53,276 nt of DNA, from NCBI RefSeq assembly GCF_004010195.1, contig NC_057752.1, positions 4,782,504 to 4,835,779 of the forward strand, read 5' to 3'. The DNA comes from Chiloscyllium plagiosum (Eukaryota). A program made the position numbers and the translations under genes. The notes below the pieces were generated by a model, which was not told the origin of the DNA, searched no databases, and saw only the letters and a program-made list of their open reading frames with translations. This document shows, one piece after another, positions 1-12,860 of this stretch (position 1 is the stretch's first letter; every line of letters begins with the position of its first letter).

Positions 1-280
1 CCTCCCTCAGCACAGCTGTAATGCTATCCCTTATCAAAAATGCCACTCCCCCTCCTCTCTTGCCTCCCTTTCTGTCCTTCCTGTAGCATTTGTATCCTGG
101 AACATTAAGCTGCCAGTCCTGTCCATCCCTGAGCCATGTTTCTGTAATTGCTATGATATCCCAGTCCCATGTTCCTAACCATGCCCTGAGTTCATCTGCC
201 TTCCCTGTTAGGCCCCTTGCATTGAAATAAATGCAGTTTAATGTATCAGTCCTATCTTATTCTCTGCTTTGTTCCTGCCT
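1..280 (-). mobile_element. CR1 LINE ORF2 fragment (APE endonuclease N-terminus)
   Basis: Minus strand encodes CIYFNARGLTGKADELRAWLGTWDWDIIAITETWL...; near-identical to 27950-28138. Confidence 0.85.
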
Positions 281-1072
281 TATAGAGGTTTATAAAGTCA
301 TGAGGGGTATAGATAGGGTAAATGGTAGCTGTCTTTTCCCTAGGATGGGGGATTTAAATGCAGTTTAATGTATCAGTCCTATCTTATTCTCTGCTTTGTT
401 CCTGCCTTATAGAGGTTTATAAAGTCATGAGGGGTATAGATAGGGTAAATGGTAGCTGTCTTTTCCCTAGGATGGGGGATTTCAAGACTAGTGGGCATGT
501 TTTTAAGATTAGATTCCCTACAGTATGGAAACAGACCCTTCGGCCCAACAAGGCCATACCGATCCTCCAAAGAGTAACCCACCCAGACTCATTTCCCTCC
601 CCTATATTTACCTCTAACTAATGCACCTAACACTATGGACAATTTAGCACGGCCAGTTCACCTAACCTGCACATCTTTGTGACTGTGGAAGGAAACCGGA
701 GCACCCGGAGGAAACCCACGCAAACAGGGGGAGAATGTGCAAACTCCACACAGAGAGTTGCCGGAATCAAAGCCGGGTCCCTGGCGCTGTGAGGCAGCAC
801 TGCTAACCACTGAGCCATCATACTGCCCTGAGGTAAGAGGGCAGAGATTTTTTAAAAAGACATAAGGGGCAATTTTTTTGTTTAGTGTGTGGAATGAACT
901 GCCAGAGGAAGTGGTGGATGTGGCTACAATTACTTTTAAAAGACATTTGGATAAGTACACGAATGGGCAAGGTTTGGAAGGAGTAGGCAGCTGGGACTAA
1001 TTGAGTTTGGGATTATGGTTGGCATGGACTGGTTAGACTGAAGGGTCTGTTTCCATGCTGGATGACTCCATG
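281..1072 (+). mobile_element. CR1 LINE 3' fragment (ORF2 end + 3' UTR), interrupted by a SINE
   Basis: LIEVYKVMRGIDRVN...; VWNELPEEVV; typical CR1 3' tail ggactgaagggtctgtttccatgctg. Confidence 0.8.
507..825 (-). mobile_element. HE1-type V-SINE (tRNA-derived)
   Basis: tRNA-like head tggctcagtggttagc with B-box; V-domain tgtgtggagtttgcacattctccc...gggtttcctccgggtgctccggtttcc; CR1-like tail. Confidence 0.85.
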
Positions 1073-2454
1073 TGGGTATTCATGGCAAGGCTGGTAATTT
1101 TTGTTCATCCCTAGTTTTTATGACAAAGTTGTGTGCCATCTTTTGCAGCCCCTGTGGTGATGATACTCTTTATTACTGAAGTTTACCTTACTATATCAAT
1201 GAGAGAGCTTTGAAAATTAACCAAATTATTTGGGATTGAAGTCTGATGTAGGCCCAGACCATGCAGTGTTGCTACGCTGTTGCTTGAAGGACAATGAAGC
1301 AAAAATCCAGCAGGTTTCTTTAGGTAACAGTCTAATGGCTTAATTAGTAAATTAACTTTAGTCACGATTTCTGGTGAAATCATAATTAAGTTCATTCAGA
1401 AATTGTTGGTAAAATCTAGGAGGACCTGGTCAGATCTCCCACCCCCTCCCTAAATCTTTCTTGCGCTCCGCACAAAGGCATCGATTAAGAATTCGCAGTC
1501 TCTCTTTATACTCTTCATTCTCCTGAATAACCACTCCCCTCTCCGCTCCCCCTCCTCCACCCTGCATGTGAAACCTTGTCCTCATGAAATCATCCTTCTC
1601 TGTCCTTCAAGTGCCCAGCATTTGCACCTCTTCCAGCAGTTGCCATGGCAACTCAGCGCTAACAGAGGGGCTGACGACATTGGACAAAGCCCTCCTTGTG
1701 TGGAAAAACAATTCTGAGGGCAGCTGCGGAGAATCAGATCCTTTGACACGATTGACATGATTCATGAGGTGAGGATGGGTGACGTTCAGTTCGCTACTGT
1801 GTCCCATCGTGTGTGAAGGCCCCACACAATATCCTCCTGAGGGATGAGGCCCATTTCGAATTGCTCAGAAAGAGGTTCAGACACAGGAAGGATGCAATTC
1901 AGGAGCCAGAAAAGAGTGGATCTGACTTTTTTAAAATCGCCGCCAGGGAGAGGTGGGAGAGAACAAAACCAGAGGTTGGGGGGAGGGGGCGGCAGCGGGG
2001 AGAGAGAGAGAGAGAGACAAGACAGAAACAAAGTTAAAGGCATTCTATACTAAGCTCCCCTTGCAGATGGAAAATGTCCCCTCAGAGCTCAGTGACCTGA
2101 CTGGCGTGAGGTGATCAAAGGCTGCCATATTTCTGCAGGTCCTCCCAGTTAGAGAGGGGGTTGGGGTGAGGGGGATGGAGATGAATCAACTATGATTCCC
2201 CCGAGTTGATCACAAACCAGTGAAATCTTGTGAGTGTGTCTGGACAAATGGAACAGGGTTCAGCTGTGATGCTTCCTTTGGCACAAATCCTATTGCCTGC
2301 TCACTGGTGAGGATCACAACTGAAGACTGGGTGGTGGGTGCAGAGGGCAATGTTGAACAATACTTCAGTAAGCAATCGGGGCTGGTTGCCCGGGGTGGGG
2401 AGAATGGAAAGATAACTGGAGAACAAAAAAGCTTTTCCACCAGAAGAATGAAAG

Positions 2455-2785
2455 GGGCGGCACGGTGGCTCAGTGGTTAGCACTGCTGCCCCACAGCACC
2501 AGTGACCCGGGTTCGATTCTAGCCTCGGGTGACTGTCTGTGTAGAGTTTGCACGTTCTCCCAGTGTCTGTGTGGGCTCCCTCCGGGTGCTCCGGTTTCCT
2601 CCCACAGTCCAAAGATGTGCAGGTCAGGTGAATTGGCCGTGCTAAATTGCCCCATAGTGTGCAGGGATGTGTAGATTAGGGGGATTGGCCATGGGAAATA
2701 CAGTGAGTCTGGCTGAGATGCTCTTCAGAGGGTCAGTGTGGACTTGTTGGGCCAAATGGCCTGTTTCCACACTGTAAGAATTCTA
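2455..2785 (+). mobile_element. HE1-type V-SINE
   Basis: ggcacggtggctcagtggttagcac...gggttcgattc (A/B boxes), V-domain, tail ggcctgtttccacactgta. Confidence 0.88.
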
Positions 2786-2834
2786 GGAAATGCCTGGTTC
2801 CCCTGACAGTTCAAACAGAAAGCAGCAAGAGCTG

Positions 2835-3680
2835 GACAATATCCAGTTTTGAGGTGACAGGTAACATTCACGTCACACAAACACCAGGTAATGCCCATCT
2901 CCAACAAGACAGAATTGAACCGTCACCCCTTGTCATTCAATGGCATTACCATCACTGAATCCTCCACCATCAACACCCTGGCGATTGCCATTAGCCAGAA
3001 ATTCAACTGGACCGGCCACGTAAACACAGTGGGTACAAGAGCAGGACAGAAGCTCGGAATCCTGCAAAGCGTAACTCACCTTCTGACTCCCCAAAGCCTG
3101 TCCCACCATCTATAACACACAGGTAAGGATGGGATGGAATATCTTCCACTTGCCTGAATGGGGGCAGCTCCAACAACACTCAAGGAACACATCCATCCAG
3201 GACAAAGCAGCCCGCTTGTATCCAGCGTAGATTGTAGAAAATGGACCTTCAACCCATCCAGTCTGCACAAACAACCACCTAACTATTCGCATCCCATTTC
3301 CCAGCACTTGGCCCATAGCCTTGTATTCCTTGGCCTTGACTACCTTCCACACCCACTGTCTCAACCACGTGGTAACAGCGTGTGCCATCCAACAAGATGG
3401 CCTTCAACACTTGCCAAACCTCTTCCGACGGCACCTTCCACGATCACTTCCACCTGGTAGGACAAGGGCAGCAGATACATGGGAACACCCACCTCCTGCA
3501 AACTCCCCCTCGAAACCACTCCCCATCCTGACTTGGAAAGATATCACTGTTCCTTCAGTGTCACTGGGTCAGAATCCTGGAATTCCCTCCCTCCGGGCCT
3601 TGTGGGTAAACAGGTGGGCCATGAAGGCAGCTCATCACCAACTTTGCAAGGGTAATTAACTCTGGAAAATAAATGCTGAC
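2835..3680 (+). mobile_element. Decayed CR1/L2-group LINE 3' portion, with a small inverted CR1 tail inserted at ~3230-3325
   Basis: ORF 2891-3115 ...INTLAIAISQKFNWTGHVNTVGTRAGQKLGIL... resembles the LINE post-RT domain; its 3' UTR recurs at ~16975-17220 and ~33095-33225. Confidence 0.7.
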
Positions 3681-3864
3681 TTAACTGGCAGAGAAAGGTG
3701 TTTCCATTGATGTTGGTAAGGGTCCTTCTGGATTTGCGAACATTTTACTATTGAGTCAGTCATGCTACATCATCAGTGGATTGGCTATGTTTGGCTGTGA
3801 ACTTGTGTAACAGCTTCTCCTCTGGAGAAGAACATTCAAGAATCCCTGCAGAAAATGAATTAAG

Positions 3865-4102
3865 GCTTCCAGCCCAAGTGTAGTTCTGAGGGAGTGCTAC
3901 TCTGTTGCTGTCTTTCAGATGCGATGTTAAATCCAAGCTTTATCTGCCCACTTGGTTGGTCATAAAATATCCTATGAACTGATTTGAAGATGGATGGTGG
4001 AGTTCTCCCCACTGTCCACATTGTTATTTATAACCAAAACACATCATCTGTTGGCCATGTTTTATCTGAGAGGGTTTACTGCTTGCAAATTGGCTGCAGT
4101 GT
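3865..4102 (+). mobile_element. Deu-domain SINE (SacSINE1/AmnSINE1-like), decayed
   Basis: ctgagggagtgct...tctttcagatg...gttaaa...ggagttctcccc...caaattggctgc matches the Deu-SINE consensus as I recall it. Confidence 0.65.
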
Positions 4103-4109
4103 TAGGTAG

Positions 4110-5765
4110 AGCTCGATGGGCCCCAGCTATGCCTGTCTCTTTGTCGACTATGTCAAACAGTCCCTCTTCAGTACCTACACAGGCACTGTACCCCAACTCT
4201 TCTGCCGTTATATCGATGACTGCATTGGTGCAGCGTCCTGCACCCCAGCTGAACTGGGGCAGTTTATCGACTTCACCCACAACGTCCACCCTGCCCTCAA
4301 ATTCACTTGGTCCATCTCAGACACCTCCCTCCCCTTTCTTGACCTCACCATTTCCATCTCCGGCGACAGTCTCCAGAGAGATGTTTACTACAAACCCACA
4401 GAGTCCCATAACTACCTGGACTATACCTCCTCCCACCCAATACCGTGCAAGAACTCCATCCCGTTCTCCCAATTCCTCACCTCCTCCGCATCTGCTCGGA
4501 CGAGGAGACATTCCACTCCCAAGCATCCTAGATGTTCAGCTATTTCGAACAATGTGCTTCCCCCCCCCCCACCTCTGTCATCCAGACAGCCCTCTGCCAC
4601 ATCACCTCCATTCCCTGTTCCACTGCCCTTTACCCGCCCCCTCGTGCCTCTGCCGCACCTGCTTGGACAAGGGAACATTCCACTCCCAAGCATCCCAAAT
4701 GTCCACCTATTTAGAACAATGTGCTTTTCCCTTCTCTATCAGCCAGACAGCCCTCCACTGCACTGGCTCCATTCCCCGTTCCACTGCTCTAAGCCCCCGC
4801 CCCTCTAAATGCAATAAAGACAGAGACCTCCTTTCTTCACCTACCATCACACCAGTCTCTGCATCCAACCCATCATCCTTAAACTCTTCCACTAACTCCA
4901 ACTAGACCCCACCACCAAGAACATCTTCCCCTTCCCACTCCTCTCTGCCTTCCACAAGGACCGTTCCCTCCGCCAATCCTTGGTTTGCGCCACTGTCACC
5001 ACCAATTCCCCCACCCCCCCAAACTCCCAGGTACCTTCCCCTGCAACTGGAAAAGATACAAAACCTGCCGGTACAACATCCCTCTCACCTCCATCCAAGG
5101 CCAAACAGTCCTTCCAGGTGAGACAGAGGTTCACTTGCCTCTCCTCCAACCTAGCTTACTGCATCAGGTGCTCCCGATGTGGTCTTCTGTACACCAGGGA
5201 GACCAAACATACACTAAGGAAACATTTTGCCAAGCATGTCATCCGGGCCCACAGGAGCTGACCTGACCTCCCACTCACCACCCATTTTAATTCCCTTCCC
5301 ACTCCTTTTCCGACATGACCATCCTTGGCCTCCTCCATTAACGCAACAAATCCAACCACAAGTTGGAGAAAGAACACCTCATCTTCTGCCTGGTCAACCT
5401 ACACAGTCTGGAGGACTCAACATTGAACTCTCCAATTTCAAATAGTCTCCCTTCCCATCACCCGATTCCGACCCAGTCCCTCTCCCTCCCTTCCACTCCT
5501 CTCATCGACCCTTCCATCTAGCCACCTACCAGATTCATTCCTCCCATTGACCAACCAGGTCGTACCCTCTACCTGGTTTTCCCTAACCCCACCTCACCAC
5601 CCTGCCCCCACCACCCCCTTTACCTGCAGCTCCCCCCACACCCACCCCCAGTCCTGAAGAAAGGTTACACCCAAAAACATCGACTTCTCCACCTCCCGAT
5701 GCTGCCTGGCTTGCCGTGTTCTTCCAGCCTCCTGCCTGTCTACTTTGGACTCCAACATCTGTGGT
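4110..5765 (+). mobile_element. Penelope-like retroelement (RT + GIY-YIG endonuclease), 5'-truncated and frameshifted, with 3' pLTR and hammerhead motif
   Basis: RT motifs MGPSYACLF, RYIDD, LPFLDL, VYYKPT..YLDYTSSHP; GIY-YIG region NLAYCIRCSRCGLLYTRETK and GLNIE; terminal CTGAAGA...AAAAC motif at 5654-5685. Confidence 0.92.
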
Positions 5766-6202
5766 GTCCTTCTTAAAAACAATATGAAAACACAATATAA
5801 CAAATGCGATGGGTTAGATTAAACACTAGCCAGTTGATAAAAATTTTTGTCATTGTTTGCACCATTTGAAATCCTCTTGATCTATCGAAAGATCTGATCG
5901 GCTCAGATCCCAGGTCGGAAACAAAAAAAAACACTTCTCTGCTTTTTAGTCTTTCTCCCCATGTCCTTCGGAGATTGCTACAGTGTTGGCTGATGTGTCA
6001 TAATCAGTGCTAATGATGGTGGTCCAGTATCTGATGGTCAACCTGCCAGTGAATTCCAATTGGCTCAAAAAGAATCAAATGAAACAAATGCTTTTGGAAC
6101 ACATCGAGAACTTGATCTGCCCAATTAACCAAGTAAAGCAGCATCAGAATAACTTCCATGTGTAGTATGAAGGAGAAGGAGGAGGGAAATACCACTTACT
6201 CT

Positions 6203-6620
6203 GGACACCAGTGTAAACAATCAGCACTAGTGTTAATGGCCAATTACTGTGGGCACCAGTATAAATGGTCAGTCACTGTGGGCACCAATGTAATTACCCA
6301 ATTACTGTGGGTACTGGTATAAATGGCCAGTTACTGTGGGCACCAGTATAAATGGTCAGTTACTGTGGGCACCAATGTAATTATCCAATTACTGTGGGTA
6401 CTGGTATAGATGGCCAGTTACTGTGGGCACCAGTATAAATGGTCAGTCGTTGTGGGCACCAGTATAATTATCCAGTTACCATGGGTACTGGTATAAATGG
6501 TCAGTCGTTGTGGGCACCAGTATAAATGGTCAGTCGTTGTGGGCACCAGTATAATTATCCAGTTACCATGGGTACTGGTATAAATGGCCAGTTACTGTGG
6601 GCACCAGTATAAATGGCTGG
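6203..6620. repeat. 29-bp minisatellite (~14 copies), unit CACCAGTATAAATGGYCAGTTACTGTGGG
   Basis: Direct tandem units at 29-bp spacing (6251, 6280...) with an 87-bp higher-order period (6280/6367). Confidence 0.92.
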
Positions 6621-9361
6621 TATTTCACCTCTGAGCTGCTGAGATACTTTTGAAGTCAGAAACATGTCTGTACTGTAATGTCAATGTTAAAAGTTTAATT
6701 AAAAGTTAAAAGTTAATTAAAAGTTCCTCAACCATTGGTTGTGATTGAATCACATGAAAAGAAGGTGGCCCCCTTCTCCACGCAGTCTCAAGCAGTTTGT
6801 ATATTGTGAGAGGTCAGACAGCTATTCAGTGGCTTGGCCAGAAAGGACAGCGTTGTACAATTGCCGTGTCTGCAAAGAATCCCATTCAATTACAATGTCG
6901 CCGCTTTCTCACAGCAACTGACTTGTCTCGATTGAAGTAATTCCAGTCACTCTTGTTATACCGAATGAATACACTGTTCCCCATTTCTTTGTAATGCAGT
7001 CAGTTGTGTAGCAGGAGCAGTGAATGTTGGTTTGACAAATTCCTCCCCTATCTATCAGGCCTGACTCAGTGCCTGAATTGACAAATTCTGTCGTCATCGA
7101 GTTGAAAACATTTGCAGTTCTGGATCTCTCTCTCTCTCCCTGTGTTGCTCACCCTCACCTGATTTCTTGCTTTTTGTAACAACACGTGCTCCCTCTCTCT
7201 CATCCTGCTTCATGCTTCTTAATTTCCTTCTCATTACATTTCTTGCCTCGTCTCTCGTTCGTCCAGCCTGTTTTAAGATGGTTTTTCTGGCCAACATGCT
7301 GGGGTTTGTGGAGCACACGGAGCAGGCTGGTCCTCTCCTGAAGGGGCTGTCTCTCAGCTGAGGCTGCCAGGGACACACACACACATACACACTCACAACC
7401 AATGATCTAGCAGCTCTGTTTCATCATGTTTCACAGGGGGTTGCTCTCCATGAGGCCTAGCAAGTTTTCTCACTGTCTGTTCCCAAACGCAGTTCATGAA
7501 CTATCTGGCCCACCCGGCGCACCCAATTCTACCACCTGCCGTCCCTGGTTGAAGTCACCACTCACCTGGCATCCCCGGTGCCCACATCATTGTTAAAAGG
7601 CCACTGCAGACTCATAGGCTCCACCCACTCAAAGATGTCAGTGAAGGGGAAACTGGCGCTGCCAATCTCTGAAAGGGTCGTGGAGGGCAGGGAGGTCTCC
7701 GAACACGGGACAACCCTGGCAATGACTGGCAGTGTGGTCCGAGGCTACCCCACCAGTGTAAGTGCTGCCATCTTCTCTCCGATACCTCACACTCTCACTG
7801 TCTCTCTCTGCTCCTGTACCCACCTCCCACCCAGGCTCACGCTCTCCCACTCTCACTATTGCTGCAATATCTTGCCTGAATCACTCGAAAGGATGGAATC
7901 ATTTTGTTTAAAAACATTTTGAACCACTTCATCAACCCATCCTACCACCTTTCTTACAATGGCCTTTTTGAAAATTAATTAATTGGACTTCCTACGTCTG
8001 GTTATGATCGGCACAATAGGAAGAGCTCCCATGCGCAGTGTGATGACTAACCTCTCCACAGTCTGCAGTAAAAAAAAATCCACTTAACTCCAAGTAGCAG
8101 TCAAAATCTGGAAAAGTCAACCACACAGAGACACATTCACACACAGAGACACGCACATACACACATACACACACACACAGACCACCACAAAACCACACCC
8201 CCACAAACCCACCCCCACGCACACAGATACACACACTTCCCCCGTAACCCTGCATGGTTTCTGTGCTGTGTCCTCACTACCTGAGAATCCCTCCCGCAGC
8301 AGCCTCAACAGCCCTGCCATCCACCTTCAGCTCACCCAATCCAGCCCTTTCTCTCATTCCAGGAGAAATGGGGCCGGAACAGGGAAAGCAATGGCCTGAA
8401 CAGATGCCCAACATCAGGCCCCTCAGCCCCCAGGAGAGGCCCCTCAGTCCTCACTGGAGCAGACTGGGCCTGATACCCTGGGGCGATGGACACTTCCATG
8501 TCCCAAGAACCACACACACATGTCATTCTTCATCCAGTCTATCTCAAACATTAGCCCCACTGCCAGTGCCATTCCTCGACCCCTCTCTCTAACCATCACT
8601 CATTCTCTCCCTTGTGTCCTCCATTGGGTTCAGTGAGCCTGACCCCCCTCAGACCTTCAGACTTGGCTGTCTGCTGCCTGCTGATGCAGTGAGTTTGCTG
8701 AGTGCCCTGCTGGCACATGGTGCAGGGGTGGCATTGACGGAATACACTGTCCTACAGCAAGGTGCCAGGAGGGGTGTGTGTGTGTGTGAGAGAGAGACTG
8801 GGCTAATTGGCAGAGCTGTGGGCATGCAAGTGGGTACTGAGTGAGCGAGTGCTCAGGGAACAAGTGAGGAGGCGTGAGCTGCAGCCTGGTCCGATCTGTG
8901 AGCCGGATACCTGTCCTTGGATACGCACTGTCCTAGCTGCAGCCTTTTAGTGCGAGGTATTGGTACAGCCTGTCATGCAGCTCTCTGCTTCCTCAGCAGC
9001 CTGGATCAGGGAGGTGCCATGATGGCTGACACTGACCATGGCTTATTGAGGAGTGTTGCACAGTGAGTGATGATGGAGCAGGCCCTGAGGTACTGGGTGC
9101 TGAACAACATGGAGGCCGTTTACAGCCAGCAGTGAGCGAAAATCACCAGGTCTTCCACGTCGAGAATTCTTGCTGCTCTGTTTGCTCAGGTACGTTTACG
9201 ATAGAAAGGTGCATATCGATGAAGTGAGATGTGCAGTTAATAATGTCATTGGCAGGTAAGAATCCCCTTTAGCAGGCAATGACAGTGAGACCTGCACTTC
9301 ATGAAAAGATGCAGCAATTTGTTCCTGACATAGGCCTCCCTGGAATCTGCCGTGTTTCTGG

Positions 9362-9915
9362 TTATTTGATTTGTCGTTGTTAGGTGTACCTCAGTACAGT
9401 GAAAAGTTCTGTTTTGTGAGCAGTGCAGGCAGATCATAGAGTGATTAGATAGAGTGAGACATACAAGGGATCCAGAAGTGCATAAAGCAAGTTCCACATT
9501 CAATTTGAAATTGGGGAGGTCCAGTCTGATAACAGCAGGGAAGAAGCTGTTCTTGAATCTGTTAGTCTGTGTGTTTAAGCTTTTGTATCCTCTGCCCGAG
9601 GGAAGAGGTTGGAAGAGATTGTAACCGGGGTGGGGGGGGGTCTTTGATGATGTTGCTGCCTTCCCGAGGCAGTGGGAAGTGTAGATGGAGCCAGTGGATG
9701 GGAGGTTGGTTTGGGTGATGGACTGGGCTGTGTTCACAACTCCCTGTAGTTTCTCACTGTCCTGGGCAGAGCAGTTGCCGTACCAAGCCGTGATCCATCC
9801 GGACAGAATGCTTTCCATGGTACATCTGTAAAAGTTGGGGAGAGTCTTTACGGTCATGCTGAATTTCCGTAGCCTCCTGAGGGAGTCGAGGTGTTGTTGT
9901 GCTTTATTGACCATC
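9362..9915 (-). mobile_element. Rex1/Babar-clade LINE 3' fragment
   Basis: KAQQHLDSLRRLRKF...NFYRCTMESILSGWITAWYGNCS...LPSGRGYKSL...TNRFKNSFFPAVIRL, the typical Rex-Babar C-terminal region. Confidence 0.9.
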
Positions 9916-11184
9916 ACATCCATAAGGGCTCCTCTCGGGTTCTGCCCAACATTGGGATTGGGAATATCAGCCCGGGGTTCCCACCCGATCACCCAGTTGC
10001 AAACTGCACTGGATGCCCTGAGGGGCAAGGCTTGGCCACAGCTGCGATGCCACTGCAGTCGAGCAGCTGCCGGCGCTTCTCCCCTGAATTCATTGGGAAG
10101 AAACGAGGAGGTGCAGACCTGGCAAGACCTGGCACCTGAAGGGGGTGGGGATGGGGAGTGGTGTGCACGAATGGACGTGGGGGGGGGGAAAGTGTGTGCA
10201 GACTGACCATTAGAATCTGAGAGAACATTTCGCTGTGAATTCGACTCGTGGGAAACTTATTCCGCCTGCATTCTGGGCAACAGATCTGTCCTGGAAAACC
10301 CCATTTGCTGGATGACCGTGGTCCTTGGGCAGTCAGTCAATCGCTCCCCTCCCCTCCCCCCACACGGTCTGACGGAGGAGCTGGGTTAGGTCACTGCTGG
10401 GAAATGCTGATGAATAGACCTGCAGGGAGTGACAGCTTTACTTTGTGGTGCTGATTCAGGGACGTTTCTTTTCATATATGTGGGAAGGCGACCTCAGTTT
10501 GAGCTAGCAGACAGTGTCAACTTGCAAATGTCTCCTTTCCCATGGGGCTGGAGCTGAGGAAGGTGGGGGGGAGGGAGGAAGGTGGAGTTGAGGTGGGGGG
10601 GCAGTGGTCTGACAATGTGTGAGGAGCGAATTGAGGAGCACAGAAGCCTTTGACCTTAAACAGCATCAGGAGAGACAGAAGGGGCTTCCACAGTGCTGAG
10701 GACAAAGACCACAAATTCAGCATTAATGCAAACACTGCTGGCAGCTTGAGGGAGATGCGTTCACATCTGTTTGCCTCTTATCTAGGTGAGGACTATCAGT
10801 GTGAGGAGAATTTATTTTTGTTATGGGGAAGGGACTGAACTGGGTTACATCAGCTCAGAATGAAGTGCATTTTCATTCTTTTGCTTTCACGGTGTGTTTT
10901 TTGAGATCGAGAACGCTATCTGAAAGGCTGGGGGAATATTAACTTTCTAAAGAGCAATTAAATCAGTACTTGAAGGGGACAGAAAGTATGGAAGATCAGA
11001 CCTGTGACATCGGTAAGACCATTTCTCTCCACCTTGGTAACATCAGCCAACTGTCTCAGCTTACCAACTGCTGACACTCCACATTCATGGTTCAGTAACC
11101 TCCACTTTCAACCATTCCATTGCACCCCCTGGCATGTCCCATCCACAGCGTACTCTCTGGTAATATCTTATCCAAGGTAAGAGA

Positions 11185-11935
11185 TGTAGATTTGTACAGC
11201 AAGGAAACGGACCCTTCAGTCCAACTCATCCATGCTGACCAGATATCCTAAACTAATCTCGTCCCATTCGCCAGCACCCGGCCCATATCCCTCCAAACCC
11301 TCCCTATTCATATACCCATCCAGGTGCCTTTTAAATGCTGTAATTGTACCAGCCTCCACCACTTCCTCTGGCAGCTCATTCCACACACGTACCACCCTCT
11401 GCATGAAAATGTTGCCCCTTAGGTCTCTTTTATATCTTTCCCGTCTCACCCTAAACCTATGCCCTCTAGTTNNNNNNNNNNNNNNNNNNNNNNNNNNNNN
11501 NNNNNNNNNNNNNNNNNNNNNNNNNNNNNNNNNNNNNNNNNNNNNNNNNNNNNNNNNNNNNNNNNNNNNNNNNNNNNNNNNNNNNNNNNNNNNNNNNNNN
11601 NNNNNNNNNNNNNNNNNNNNNNNNNNNNNNNNNNNNNNNNNNNNNNNNNNNNNNNNNNNNNNNNNNNNNNNNNNNNNNNNNNNNNNNNNNNNNNNNNNNN
11701 NNNNNNNNNNNNNNNNNNNNNNNNNNNTAAGATTTGCTTTCCCAAAATGCAGCACCTCGCATTTATCTGAATTAAACTCCATCTGCCACTTCTCAGCCCA
11801 TTGGCCCATCTGGTCAAGATCCTGTTGTAATCTGAGGTAACCCTCTTCGCTGTCCACTACACCTCCAATTTTGGTGTCATCTGCAAACTTACTAACTATA
11901 TTTCCTATGTTCACATCCAAACCATTTCTATAAAT
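11185..11935 (-). mobile_element. CR1 LINE RT C-terminus + 3' UTR (spans an assembly gap)
   Basis: SKFADDTKIGG...WAEKWQMEFNSDKCEVLHFG...VWNELPEEVVEA. Confidence 0.92.
11472..11727. other. Assembly gap (256 N)
   Basis: Run of N. Confidence 1.
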
Positions 11936-12287
11936 GACCAAATCTCTGCCTTCTGCCTCCCAGAGCATCACTTTGCCTTCACCATTGGTGGCCATGCCTT
12001 CCGCTGCTTCGGCTCTGGAATTTCATCCCAAAACATGGTCACTACTCCGCCTCACTCTTCCTTTCTGTCACATTATGCCATATTGGTTTCAGTGCATCAT
12101 GAAATTATATTGCAGTAGTGTGCATCTGTAAGATATGTAGATTAATAACATTTCTAGAGTTTGGGTTTTTCAAAATATTGTCACATGGGTGCCGGTTATT
12201 TTCATGAAAATAATTTTTTTTAAAAAAAGTGGTCAGATAGTCCTTCTCGAACAGTGACCTAGTCTCATTTATGCTGATGAACAGCTG

Positions 12288-12860
12288 GAGTCAGAGAGTT
12301 CTACAGCACGGAAACAGACCCTTCAGTTCAACCAGCCCAGGCCAACCCTAATCCCAAACTAACCTTGTCCCTCCTGCCTGCTCTGACATAACATAAAAAA
12401 ACAGGAGCTGGAAGGGCCTATCTGGCCCCTCAAGTCCACTCTGCCATTCACTAAGAACATGGCTGATCCATTCGAGGACTCAGCTCCACTTACCCGCCCT
12501 CTCACCATAACCCTTAATTCCTTTACTGCTCAAATATCTATCTGTGCCTTAAAAACATTCAGTGAGGCAGCCTGAACTGCTTCACTGGGCAGGGGACTCC
12601 ACAGATTCACAACCCTTTGGGTAAACAGGTTCCTCCCTAACTCAGTCCTCCTTATTTTGAGGCCATGCCCCCTAGTTCTAGCTGGCTGGCCCACATCCCT
12701 CCAAAACTTTCCTGTTCATATACTTATTTAAGTGATTTTTAAATGTTGTAACTGTGTCCACATCCACCACTTCCTCAGGAAGTACATTCCACCGCAAACC
12801 ACCCGCTGTGGAAACAATTTGCTCCTCATATCTTTCTTTCAATCCCTCTCCTCTCACCTT
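12288..12860 (-). mobile_element. Cluster of short CR1 3'-end fragments from different subfamilies
   Basis: Three successive CR1 tail/ORF2-end pieces (WNVLPEEVVDVDTVTTFK). Confidence 0.7.

Noticed and set aside
2455..2530. tRNA gene (A/B boxes), also at other SINE heads
   Set aside because: The head continues directly into the V-SINE body and I see no complete cloverleaf.
3994..4905. 303-aa ORF as a host gene
   Set aside because: Alternative frame across a SINE remnant and the frameshifted Penelope RT.
8655..8751. TNFR-like cysteine motif CHPCTMC as an exon
   Set aside because: Weak donor (GTCTGA), incomplete cysteine pattern and no partner exons identified. Kept only as part of a low-interest finding.
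11216..11995. Long ORFs spanning N runs (also 27531-27824 and 33832-34449)
   Set aside because: Length is inflated by the gaps, and the flanks are CR1 sequence.
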